Part shown: positions 19,792 through 27,702 of the stretch, one piece after another
How the letters are laid out: the number at the start of each line of letters is the position of its first letter
Numbering within the stretch: the stretch's first letter is position 1
Source: Chthoniobacteraceae bacterium
GTDB taxonomy: Bacteria; Verrucomicrobiota; Verrucomicrobiia; Chthoniobacterales; Chthoniobacteraceae
Assembly (NCBI GenBank): GCA_031409335.1
Contig: JANNWY010000015.1
Location: 1-31,754, forward strand
Direction of reading: 5' to 3'
Length of the DNA: 31,754 nucleotides
Position numbers and translations under genes: made by a program
Notes under the pieces: model-generated
What the model was told of the DNA's origin: nothing
Database searches by the model: none
The model's input: only the letters and a program-made list of their open reading frames with translations

Positions 19792-20252
19792 CCAGCTTCA
19801 TCCCGACCGGCCATTTCTCACCCTACCGAGTCAGCGACGACCTCCGCGAAGACCGCATCGGCCCTGCCGTGCATGTCCCCGCGCCGGGCGAGGCCGACCG
19901 CGAACAACTGCTGCTCACCAAGCTCGGGCCGCGTGGCTGGGGGCGGCTCCATCATTTCCGCCACTATTACCAGCCGGGGTGGGGCGAGAGACATGGACGC
20001 CAGCTTTCACCGCGCGCGCTGGAGGGTTTCTTTCGCTTCCTCGCTGCCGCTAAGTTTCCCGCGGGCAAGGTGCCGAGCATCTTTTTGACCGACAGTGGCG
20101 GACTTGAGCTTGCGTGGGAGGATGCGGACGGCAAGGCGGTGCAGGTGGAGTTCACGTCGCAGGGCGCGGAGTTCTACGTCGCCGCGAAGGAAACCGAGGG
20201 ACAAGCGCCGGTCGAAGCACTGGCGCAACTCGCCGCCCAACTCGCCGTCTAA
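19788..20252 (+). CDS. Hypothetical protein (TIGR04255-associated)
   Basis: ATGA overlap with the upstream stop; GW......LS..A...PSIFLTDSGGLELAWE pattern. Confidence 0.75.
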   Translation: MTSFIPTGHFSPYRVSDDLREDRIGPAVHVPAPGEADREQLLLTKLGPRGWGRLHHFRHYYQPGWGERHGRQLSPRALEGFFRFLAAAKFPAGKVPSIFLTDSGGLELAWEDADGKAVQVEFTSQGAEFYVAAKETEGQAPVEALAQLAAQLAV

Positions 20253-20632
20253 TGCCCGTCGGGCCGCAGGAGGACATTGCGCGTGCGATTTGCACGGACA
20301 AATGGGACGGCGAGCGCTTGTCGCCGAGTCTCTTCGTCGGCGAAGGCACATCGGTCAGCCGGCTCGCCCTGATTCCCCTCGCGGATCATTGGGATTTGTT
20401 TCGCCGCTACGTGGAGCAGCCGCCCGAACGCCGACTGGAGATGATCGGCGAGATCAACGTCGGGCGCTTGCAGGAACTGGGTCGCAACTACGCGACGCCC
20501 ATCGAACTGACTGTGGAACCCAAGCCGGAGGACTGGAATCCCGCGCACGCGGAGATTCCGCAACGCATCACGCGCGGGCTCGCGAACAAGATTCTTCCCG
20601 AATTGAAACTGCATCGACCTCCGCCGAACTGA
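20252..20632 (+). CDS. Hypothetical 126-aa protein, possible ADP-ribosyltransferase-like fold
   Basis: TAATG overlap with the upstream stop. An early Arg (IARAI), a central SVSR and a late PAHAEI give R-S-H spacing like ART/RES-type toxins. Confidence 0.6.
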   Translation: MPVGPQEDIARAICTDKWDGERLSPSLFVGEGTSVSRLALIPLADHWDLFRRYVEQPPERRLEMIGEINVGRLQELGRNYATPIELTVEPKPEDWNPAHAEIPQRITRGLANKILPELKLHRPPPN

Positions 20633-21790
20633 AGGACGGGCACGCCAATCGAGCCGATGAATTAGTTGCTCGCCGCATCCATCGCCTCCTTCCGCAGGGT
20701 CCAGCCACCGACCACAAGCCCCACCGCACGCATCGCGCCCGCGCAGCGTGCCGCCCATGAACCCACCGGCACCCTGCACCGTCACGCTGCCTGCTCACCG
20801 GCCTCCCGCCAGCACACCGCCGCCCGCGCCATTCAGCGTGTCGGCGTCCCGCGAATCGGTGTCTCGAATTCCAGCCCGCACCATGCGCCACAATCCATGT
20901 CTCCGCGCATCGTGCCCCGAAGGGTTTGGCGCGTTGCGCGTAGCGGTCACGAACCACGCTCATCCTTCGCTTGCCCGCGGCTGTCCGCGTCGCCAATCCA
21001 GCCTTGCCCGTCTCCGCTCGCCTATCAGGCTCCGCGCCGCAGTATCGAGCCGGGCGGCTTCCAGCCGGGCGCTGCCGCAGGCGCAACCCAGCGCCCTCGC
21101 TGCGCTCGCCCTCGCCTCCACCGCTGCGAACGCAGCTCCCGCGGCGCGCGTCGCGTCGGGCTGCCCTTCGGGCCAGCGCCCGCGCTACGTCCGCCGTCCT
21201 GCCGCAAGGGCGTTCTCCGGGCGGGGCGGGGTTTTCGCGCGCCCGCTTGCGTGCGTGGCGCTCCGCGCGAAGTCGCCGCGTCCCCGCCTCGCTTCGCTCG
21301 CACCGCGCCGCGTCCGGCTTCGGCTAACGCCTTCGCCTCGCTCACGCCGCCGCGCGAACCTCCCGCTCCATTTGCCTTCCCATCGCGCGCAGCGGCGTTC
21401 CGATTCCGCCGTCATCCTGCCACTCCTGCCACCTTGCCCTTTCCACGTCGCCAGCCGCTCGCCTCCGGCGTCGGAATGGCTCGCTATGCTCGCGCCCGTG
21501 TCGAGCAAGGGCGCTCGCCGCCGCGCCCTCGCAACTCCCTTGGCTCGGGGGTAACTTCACTGCGCGCTGCGCTTGCCCCGCTGGCGCGGTAGGAAATGCC
21601 GAGATTGCGGTGAATCATCAGCTTGCTCGCCCCGCCCGGCGAGCATAGAAAGGTCGCCTTGCCGGGGGCGGGGGCTACATTCGGCTTCCGACTTTTCCAT
21701 GAATTCAACCGCCTCAAACAAACTTGGATTTTCGCCGGGCCGAATGCTGACGGCTATTGGTGAGGCGGAAGAGGATTGGGGAATCATCAA

Positions 21791-23089
21791 ATGAACCGCA
21801 CGTTCACGATTGTTAATGATTCTGTTCTGCAAACTGTCATCGCGGAGGCTCGCAAGCGGCTTGTCTTCATCGCGCCGGGCATCCGTCCCCCGGTCGCTGT
21901 GGCGCTCGCTGAGGCAATGAAAGTTGTCCCGGTGGATTCCATCCATCTCGTTCTCGACGTGGACGCGGAGGTTTGCCGGCTCGGTTACGGCGACAAGGAC
22001 TTCAAGGGGCTGGAGTTGTTGCAGTCCGCCGCCGCCAGTCACAATCTCACCGTCAACCATCATCCGGGTATCCGCATCGGCTTGCTCATCGCGGACGACA
22101 TCACCCTCATTTACAGTCCAACGCCGGAGTTGATCGAGGCGGAATCAAAGCAGGCGGACAAGCCGAATGGCATCGTTCTGAAAAGCGAACTCCCCCCTCA
22201 GTTGGCAAACGCCTGCGCCGTTGGGGATGACGGCTTTGCCGCGCTTGAGGTTGGCAAAGAACCCATCGACACGCGCACGGTCGAAGCCGTCAAAAGTGAC
22301 TTACAGGACCGCCCGCCCAAGGAATTCAATGTCGCCCGCATCGAACGGGTTTTCAGTTCCATGCTCCAATACGTCGAGTTCCGCATTGAGGATTACAAGC
22401 TCACGAGCCGCTCGCTTGTGCTGAACCCGGAACTTTTCGGAGTGCGTAACGTCGAGGTCGTGCGCCGGCTGACCAACCGCTATCGTCTCTTCTCCGAAAC
22501 CGATGCGCTCACTGTCGAAATCCCGCACATCGGGAATGACGCCAAGCCGGACTCCACCAAGCCGCCGGAGAAGTTCGGGCCGCTCGGGATTGACCGCGAG
22601 CGCAACCGCATCAAGAAGCGTTTTGTTATCGAAGCCGGAGATTTCGGCTCGCTCATCATGCGCCGTGACGTGAAAGCGTTTGAAGACCAGATCAAGGTGC
22701 TCAAAGCCAAAATCTCTGCGTATCAGGCGGCGGTGAAGGACACAATCAAGCTGCGCACCGATGCCATCGTGGCGGAATTGCTGGCGGCAATTCTCGATCG
22801 GTTGAAGGAAGAGCCGCCCGAACATTGGAAGTCGCAATTCTTAAACAACAAGCCCACCGATGACGACATCAAGCGGCTTTTCGAGAAGGAAGTTCAGACC
22901 GAAGTTGAGCGGGTTAAAACGGACTTCGCTCCAAAGGTTTTCACCGCTTACAAGGAAGTGACTTACCAGACTTTCACCGACCCTAACTTCCGCAAGTTGA
23001 TGGAAATCCGATTTGGCAAGGAAGCCATCGCCCGCATCTTCAATGAGCATGACGCTGCCCCAGAGACCCAGAGGAAATCAAATGGATGA
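21791..23089 (+). CDS. Hypothetical protein with N-terminal degenerate PLD-like domain and helical C-terminus
   Basis: I.EARKRLVFIAPGI and RIGLLIAD..TLIYSPTP, with RIG where HxK is expected; codon usage more AT-rich than the flanks. Confidence 0.7.
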   Translation: MNRTFTIVNDSVLQTVIAEARKRLVFIAPGIRPPVAVALAEAMKVVPVDSIHLVLDVDAEVCRLGYGDKDFKGLELLQSAAASHNLTVNHHPGIRIGLLIADDITLIYSPTPELIEAESKQADKPNGIVLKSELPPQLANACAVGDDGFAALEVGKEPIDTRTVEAVKSDLQDRPPKEFNVARIERVFSSMLQYVEFRIEDYKLTSRSLVLNPELFGVRNVEVVRRLTNRYRLFSETDALTVEIPHIGNDAKPDSTKPPEKFGPLGIDRERNRIKKRFVIEAGDFGSLIMRRDVKAFEDQIKVLKAKISAYQAAVKDTIKLRTDAIVAELLAAILDRLKEEPPEHWKSQFLNNKPTDDDIKRLFEKEVQTEVERVKTDFAPKVFTAYKEVTYQTFTDPNFRKLMEIRFGKEAIARIFNEHDAAPETQRKSNG

Positions 23090-23104
23090 ATCATGCTGGC
23101 AAGC

Positions 23105-23785
23105 TCAAGCTCGCAGCATCCGTTCAATCACTGCGTCGCCATAGGACGCCTGCCGCTCAGCAATCGCGAGCAGACGCGCTCGGCGCGCTTTGGCTTTCCT
23201 ACCCCGCGCCGGTTTGTATTTCAGGTATGCCCGTTCCACATAGTCGTCGTGCTTGTGGTACACTTCCCAAAACATATTCCGGTGATTGCGGCGAGACTCG
23301 TAGGTTAGCCGTTGGCACTCCCGGCATCCAAAACGCTCCGCGCTGCCAGCGAGATAGAGGAACCGGCAGCGGCGTCCGCAGTCCCGGCCATTGACCGTCA
23401 GCGGGCAGATGAACCAATGTCGCAGCCCGCCGAAGTGGCAGCGGGTCGAGACGAGCCCGACAGGATACTTCACCGGACGCCACTCCCCGCCGTCCTTTTG
23501 CACATTGTAGGAGAACCAGAGGAAGAGAGGCTCCCCGTGGTCATCCTCCCGCCAATAGTTGACCGCGCCCGCTGGTTCGCCCCGACTCGTCCAAGACGAA
23601 GTCCAAACCATCTCCGCGCCCAGCTTGAAGAATCCCTTTGCCCGCAACACGGCTACGTCAACCGCCTTGGCTTCTTCCGCCAAGCCTTTGCGGCAACGCA
23701 CGGCGCGTCCGGTTAGCGGCATGGCGGGGCTGTGGTTTCCGTAATCATTAACACTTTCGCATTGTCGCCCACTGTGGCCGGTCAC
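23105..23785 (-). CDS. Hypothetical Zn-finger protein typical of integrative elements
   Basis: CHFGGLRHWFICP....CGRR..FLY.....FGCRECQRLTYES; start is either GTG 23785 or ATG 23722. Confidence 0.7.
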   Translation of the reverse strand: MTGHSGRQCESVNDYGNHSPAMPLTGRAVRCRKGLAEEAKAVDVAVLRAKGFFKLGAEMVWTSSWTSRGEPAGAVNYWREDDHGEPLFLWFSYNVQKDGGEWRPVKYPVGLVSTRCHFGGLRHWFICPLTVNGRDCGRRCRFLYLAGSAERFGCRECQRLTYESRRNHRNMFWEVYHKHDDYVERAYLKYKPARGRKAKARRARLLAIAERQASYGDAVIERMLRA

Positions 23786-23872
23786 TCACTGGTTGACGCG
23801 AAAAGCGTAGATTTCACGCTTCCCATCCTTCGCCGCGAGCTTGGCCGCATAGAGTAGATCGAGCGCGCTCAT
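23786..23872 (-). CDS. Possible 28-aa coupled micro-ORF
   Basis: MSALDLLYAAKLAAKDGKREIYAFRVNQ*. The ATG overlaps the DUF3987 stop (ATGA), and its own stop abuts the GTG at 23785. Confidence 0.3.
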   Translation of the reverse strand: MSALDLLYAAKLAAKDGKREIYAFRVNQ

Positions 23873-25539
23873 AGCAGCGCCGCTTCGTCCGGTTTGGCCG
23901 CGAAAGAATTTCCAATCACTCCCGTAGGGTCACTGACAGAACTGCCAGAATTCGTTTTGGCAGTTCTGTCAGTGCGCTCCGTCGGGTTGTTTAGAATTTT
24001 CGGGTTGACCTCGAAAGCCGGGCTGGCGGGTCTGCCAATTATCCGGCCATCTTCCGCAACGGCACGAATCCATCCCAGCCCGCAGAGAATCTCCGTAGCG
24101 GCTTCCGCGTCGTCTTTACTGCTTAGGCCAGCCCAGCCGCGGCGATATGTTTCGCGAAGCGTGAACCGCTCGGGCAGCTCTCCGCGCTGCAAATGCTTCG
24201 CCAGTTCGCGCGCTGCCGCTGTGTCCGGGCGCAGAACGGCGGCGTAAATGCGCCGCGCGTGAGCTTCAAGGTAGCGCGCCCAAAGAAGCGCCTTGTCGAG
24301 CGCGGCCAAAGAAACCGCACCGATACCGCGGCTTGCCAGGTGAATGAGCAGCGCGAGCGCGGGGACGAGCTTGCGATACTTGGACAAGTGCGCCTCAAAG
24401 GCCGGATGTTCGGCATCACTGCGCAGCGTCCTTTCCAATTCAGCACGCCAATGGTCAAAACGCTCTTGCGCGTCGCTGGCGAAGCGCAGAAACGCAATGC
24501 CGTCCGACGTGTCCGCGCCCACCGCTTCCGCGGTCAGCTCGTCGAGATACTTGAAGACGGCGAACGCTTCGTTCTTCGCCTGCGTATCCGGCCAGCGGTC
24601 GATGTTGCGCCATTCCTTTGACACGTCCGGCCATACCGCGAGTTGAAACCGTTGCAACAGGCCATCCGCGCCATTACCGCCACGCACTGCTTCGCGAACA
24701 TAGGCCGTGAGCAAGTCCGGTTGAATGCCGCCGAGAATCGAAAGGGTGTTGGAAGGAATCCTTACCGTTCCGCGCCCGATGCGGTCATAAGTCAGTTCTC
24801 CCGTGCCAGCCCACATTTCGAGATATTTCGCCCGGTCGCCCGCTTTCTCCTCACGATCCAGCGCGCGAAGAAATCCAGAGAGTTCATCGCGGAACAACAG
24901 CAGACCGTTGGGGTTTTCAGCCAGCAACACGCCGAGTTTCTCAATCGTCGCATCGTTCACTTCGTAGCGCCGCAAGACCGGCTCATCATCTTCTGCCCCC
25001 GCAAAGGCTTCCGCTACAGCGCGGGCAGCTTCTTCATTTTCCGCCTTCAGGCACTTTCCGATCTTAGTCTCTGCGAGCTTTTTCCGCTGTGTTTTGAGCA
25101 TTGCCGAAATGCCGTGCTCGCGAATCTCTGCTTCGTATCGCCCCTGTGCTTCGGCCACAAGCCGGCGTAATGGGATAAGCACCTGCTCCAACGCTGGTGT
25201 TTTCATCAAGCCGGGACGCCCGACAACGCAGCCCCAAATGTTCGCGACAACAACCCAGTCATCGTGCCGTTTTGGGCGGATGCCTATTTTGCGTCCAACA
25301 AGCTCGCCCAGCGCGACAATCGCTCCCACGGCGGGGAAGTCCGGCGGGCACTGCATCCGTTCCGTGATGTCCTCAATCCATTCGCGGCACGTATCCGGCA
25401 GACAATCAAAGTTGAATGCGGGCACTGCGGGCAAGTCAGCCGGCAGGGGCTTGGCTTCGACCCAACCTTCATCCGGTTGCACGGGTTCGGCGTCGGGTAT
25501 CGTGTCCGTCCATGCTTTCGCCAGTGGCGTTGCGCTCAT
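23869..25539 (-). CDS. DUF3987/YfjI family protein (putative replicative helicase/ATPase)
   Basis: VGRPGLMKTP (Walker A-like), DATIEKLG..L, LFRDEL, DRIGRG, GGIQP and DGLLQRF; ATG at 25539 overlaps the upstream stop. Confidence 0.9.
   Translation of the reverse strand: MSATPLAKAWTDTIPDAEPVQPDEGWVEAKPLPADLPAVPAFNFDCLPDTCREWIEDITERMQCPPDFPAVGAIVALGELVGRKIGIRPKRHDDWVVVANIWGCVVGRPGLMKTPALEQVLIPLRRLVAEAQGRYEAEIREHGISAMLKTQRKKLAETKIGKCLKAENEEAARAVAEAFAGAEDDEPVLRRYEVNDATIEKLGVLLAENPNGLLLFRDELSGFLRALDREEKAGDRAKYLEMWAGTGELTYDRIGRGTVRIPSNTLSILGGIQPDLLTAYVREAVRGGNGADGLLQRFQLAVWPDVSKEWRNIDRWPDTQAKNEAFAVFKYLDELTAEAVGADTSDGIAFLRFASDAQERFDHWRAELERTLRSDAEHPAFEAHLSKYRKLVPALALLIHLASRGIGAVSLAALDKALLWARYLEAHARRIYAAVLRPDTAAARELAKHLQRGELPERFTLRETYRRGWAGLSSKDDAEAATEILCGLGWIRAVAEDGRIIGRPASPAFEVNPKILNNPTERTDRTAKTNSGSSVSDPTGVIGNSFAAKPDEAALL
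23931..23974. repeat. Iteron-like palindrome within the DUF3987 3' end (candidate origin)
   Basis: CACTGACAGAACTGCCAGAA-TTCG-TTTTGGCAGTTCTGTCAGTG: 20-bp arms with 1 mismatch, each made of tandem 9-mers. Confidence 0.6.
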
Positions 25540-26417
25540 TGGATTACCTCCGGGTTGAAGAAATAGACGGTCTGCCGGTTGCCGTTGTCGCGCGTGCCGT
25601 CCGGCATCCGCACGAACTGGCTGCGCGTCCACGTCGCGCGGTCTGCGCCCAACGCCACGGCGCAGCGCATGAAGCGGCGCAGGCGCTCTTCCGGCTGCCC
25701 AGCGGCCATGAACCATCCGTGAATCGACCGGCTGCCGCTGTGGACCGCCAGAGCCAAGGGCGCGCGCTTCGCGAGATGCAGCAAGACCGCCGCTTGCTCG
25801 TCTGCGCTGCCACCGTCCTGCTCGATGATGAGGAAACGGCGCGGGCCGGTGTTTTCGAGCGTGTGCTCAGATTCCTTGCCTTCCTGCGTGCGCCCGATGC
25901 GGGCACTCATTGGCGAGGGCACGATCAGTTGCATATCGGCCAGCCGCCCGCGCCACTGCTCCCTATGCCGCGTGGCAAACTGATGGCTGCTCTGTCCCAC
26001 GCACAAAAGCGGGTTGCCAGGGAAGAGAGCGTCCACGATGCGCTCCGTGTGCGCTTCGCCATCGTCGAAACGCACTGGCGATGCCTCCCACAAATCCACC
26101 AATCCAAGTCCCGGCGCGATCACGGCCTCGCGTTGCTCCGCGTTCACTCGCGGCCAAGCCGGGGCTGGAGTGTGCGCGATGGCTTGCCCCGGTTGCCAAG
26201 CCGTCGCCGAGCTACGTTCAACCGCCCGCTCGATCTCGCCACGTTTTACCGGCTCGCCCGCCGTTGCCGCCGCGAGAAGCCGCACGATCTCTGCCGGAGA
26301 GCGGTAAGGATGGAGCACGCGCGCCACGCGGTAGAGCCATAGATTCATCCCGTCCCCTCGCTTAGGTGGCGACGCCAGCAAGTCGCGGACGAACCGCGGT
26401 AACTCCGTCCCGATCAC
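25536..26417 (-). CDS. Putative AEP/RepB-like primase
   Basis: RRFLIIEQD (hhhExD, motif I), VHSGSRSIHGWF (motif II), D and RMPDGTR; lies directly upstream of DUF3987. Confidence 0.7.
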   Translation of the reverse strand: MIGTELPRFVRDLLASPPKRGDGMNLWLYRVARVLHPYRSPAEIVRLLAAATAGEPVKRGEIERAVERSSATAWQPGQAIAHTPAPAWPRVNAEQREAVIAPGLGLVDLWEASPVRFDDGEAHTERIVDALFPGNPLLCVGQSSHQFATRHREQWRGRLADMQLIVPSPMSARIGRTQEGKESEHTLENTGPRRFLIIEQDGGSADEQAAVLLHLAKRAPLALAVHSGSRSIHGWFMAAGQPEERLRRFMRCAVALGADRATWTRSQFVRMPDGTRDNGNRQTVYFFNPEVIQ

Positions 26418-26626
26418 TTTGAACCTCCTGCCGCGACCTCAACGGCTACGATGTCGGTCAAGCGGTACCGCAGCATCCGGGCGTTGAACCTTACCGGCTT
26501 TAGAAGTCCGGCGGCTTCGCGTCGCTGTACGGTCATCGGGCAGCAGCCCCATCGTTCGCATACTTGTTTCCGGGAAAGGAGACGTTCGGAGATCAGTTCT
26601 TGTGAATTAGAGTTTTGATTTGTCAT
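26414..26626 (-). CDS. AlpA/excisionase-like HTH DNA-binding protein
   Basis: LLSRKQVCERWGCCPMTVQRREAAGLLKPVRFNARMLRYRLTDI; start is 26626 or 26635. Confidence 0.8.
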   Translation of the reverse strand: MTNQNSNSQELISERLLSRKQVCERWGCCPMTVQRREAAGLLKPVRFNARMLRYRLTDIVAVEVAAGGSK

Positions 26627-26653
26627 CTTACCCAAAAGGGAGAGTGTTCACGA

Positions 26654-27682
26654 ATGTCCGATTCGGAGAAAACGCTGGAGAAATGGAAAGCTCAGGGCTC
26701 GCTGCGCCACCTTGCGGCCAAGCTCGACGTGACTCACAAACAAGTGACGCGCTATTGGGACAAGGGATGGATCGAGGGCCGGTATCGAACGGCGAAGGGA
26801 CACCGGCGCATTCGGTACACCGACAAAACGGTGGAGCACGCTGCATCCGAACGGCAAAGGGAAAAGGAAGGAAACATTCGCGTCCGCTACTCCAATTATG
26901 AAATCGACTATTTCGGGACGGTTATCTCGCTCGATGGCTGCAACACAATGGACGACCTCTTTAGGCGGGCGCGTCGCGCTGGCCTGAACGAGCAACATGC
27001 CCGAAATGTCGCTCACCGATTGACGTTCACCGATCCGCCGAGCCACGAAGATTTCGCGTGGGATGCCCTCTTGGCGGTGCGTGGCATTTTGCAGGAGGAT
27101 TGGGCGACGAGCGTAAGGAGATTCAGGGAGCTACCCCTCGGATACCTCCGCGACGCAGCGAACGCAGAACAGTTTCGAGCCAGAGCGGAGAAAGTATTGC
27201 AAGGCATCGAGGAGAACTACAAGTCGAGCGAGGAGTGGCGTGTGCTCCACGGAAAGCCAAGGAATGCAGAGAGGGAGAAAACCGTGAGGACGCTTCGCGT
27301 CCTTCTATCGCAACCTGATACCGCATCGTTCATTTCCGAATGGAGCAAAGCTGCCGAGTTGCACCATCGGCACGAGGAGGATGACGGCGCGGCGTACGCA
27401 AATCTCCTGCGACGGACGCCCAAAGAAGCCAAGGCGATGAAGCTGAATATCGCGGCGCTCCGCCTCAAGCAGCGGGAGCAATCACCTTCCGCTAACGCCT
27501 TGGCAAGACTACTCGGAATCAGTCGGCCCGCGCTTTACCGTGCATTCGGAGCCGTGAAAATTCGCGCGGCTCTCGCTTTCACGCTGTTGCAAGACGACGC
27601 CGTTGCCCTTGCGCAAAGCAAGGAGTTGCAACCCGACGAGGGGGAAGAATCTGAATGGAACGCCGGCGCAGACGATGTGTAA
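26654..27682 (+). CDS. Putative regulator with N-terminal MerR-like HTH and C-terminal HTH
   Basis: LAAKLDVTHKQVTRYWDKGWIEGRYRTAKGHRRI and ANALARLLGISRPALYR; divergent from the xis-like gene. Confidence 0.65.
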   Translation: MSDSEKTLEKWKAQGSLRHLAAKLDVTHKQVTRYWDKGWIEGRYRTAKGHRRIRYTDKTVEHAASERQREKEGNIRVRYSNYEIDYFGTVISLDGCNTMDDLFRRARRAGLNEQHARNVAHRLTFTDPPSHEDFAWDALLAVRGILQEDWATSVRRFRELPLGYLRDAANAEQFRARAEKVLQGIEENYKSSEEWRVLHGKPRNAEREKTVRTLRVLLSQPDTASFISEWSKAAELHHRHEEDDGAAYANLLRRTPKEAKAMKLNIAALRLKQREQSPSANALARLLGISRPALYRAFGAVKIRAALAFTLLQDDAVALAQSKELQPDEGEESEWNAGADDV

Positions 27683-27702
27683 GAATCAGCCGGTCAAACC
27701 TG

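Noticed and set aside
20666..21592. 308-aa and 268-aa ORFs in the GC-rich region
   Set aside because: Low-complexity Pro/Arg/Ala translations with no motifs, as expected by chance at this GC content
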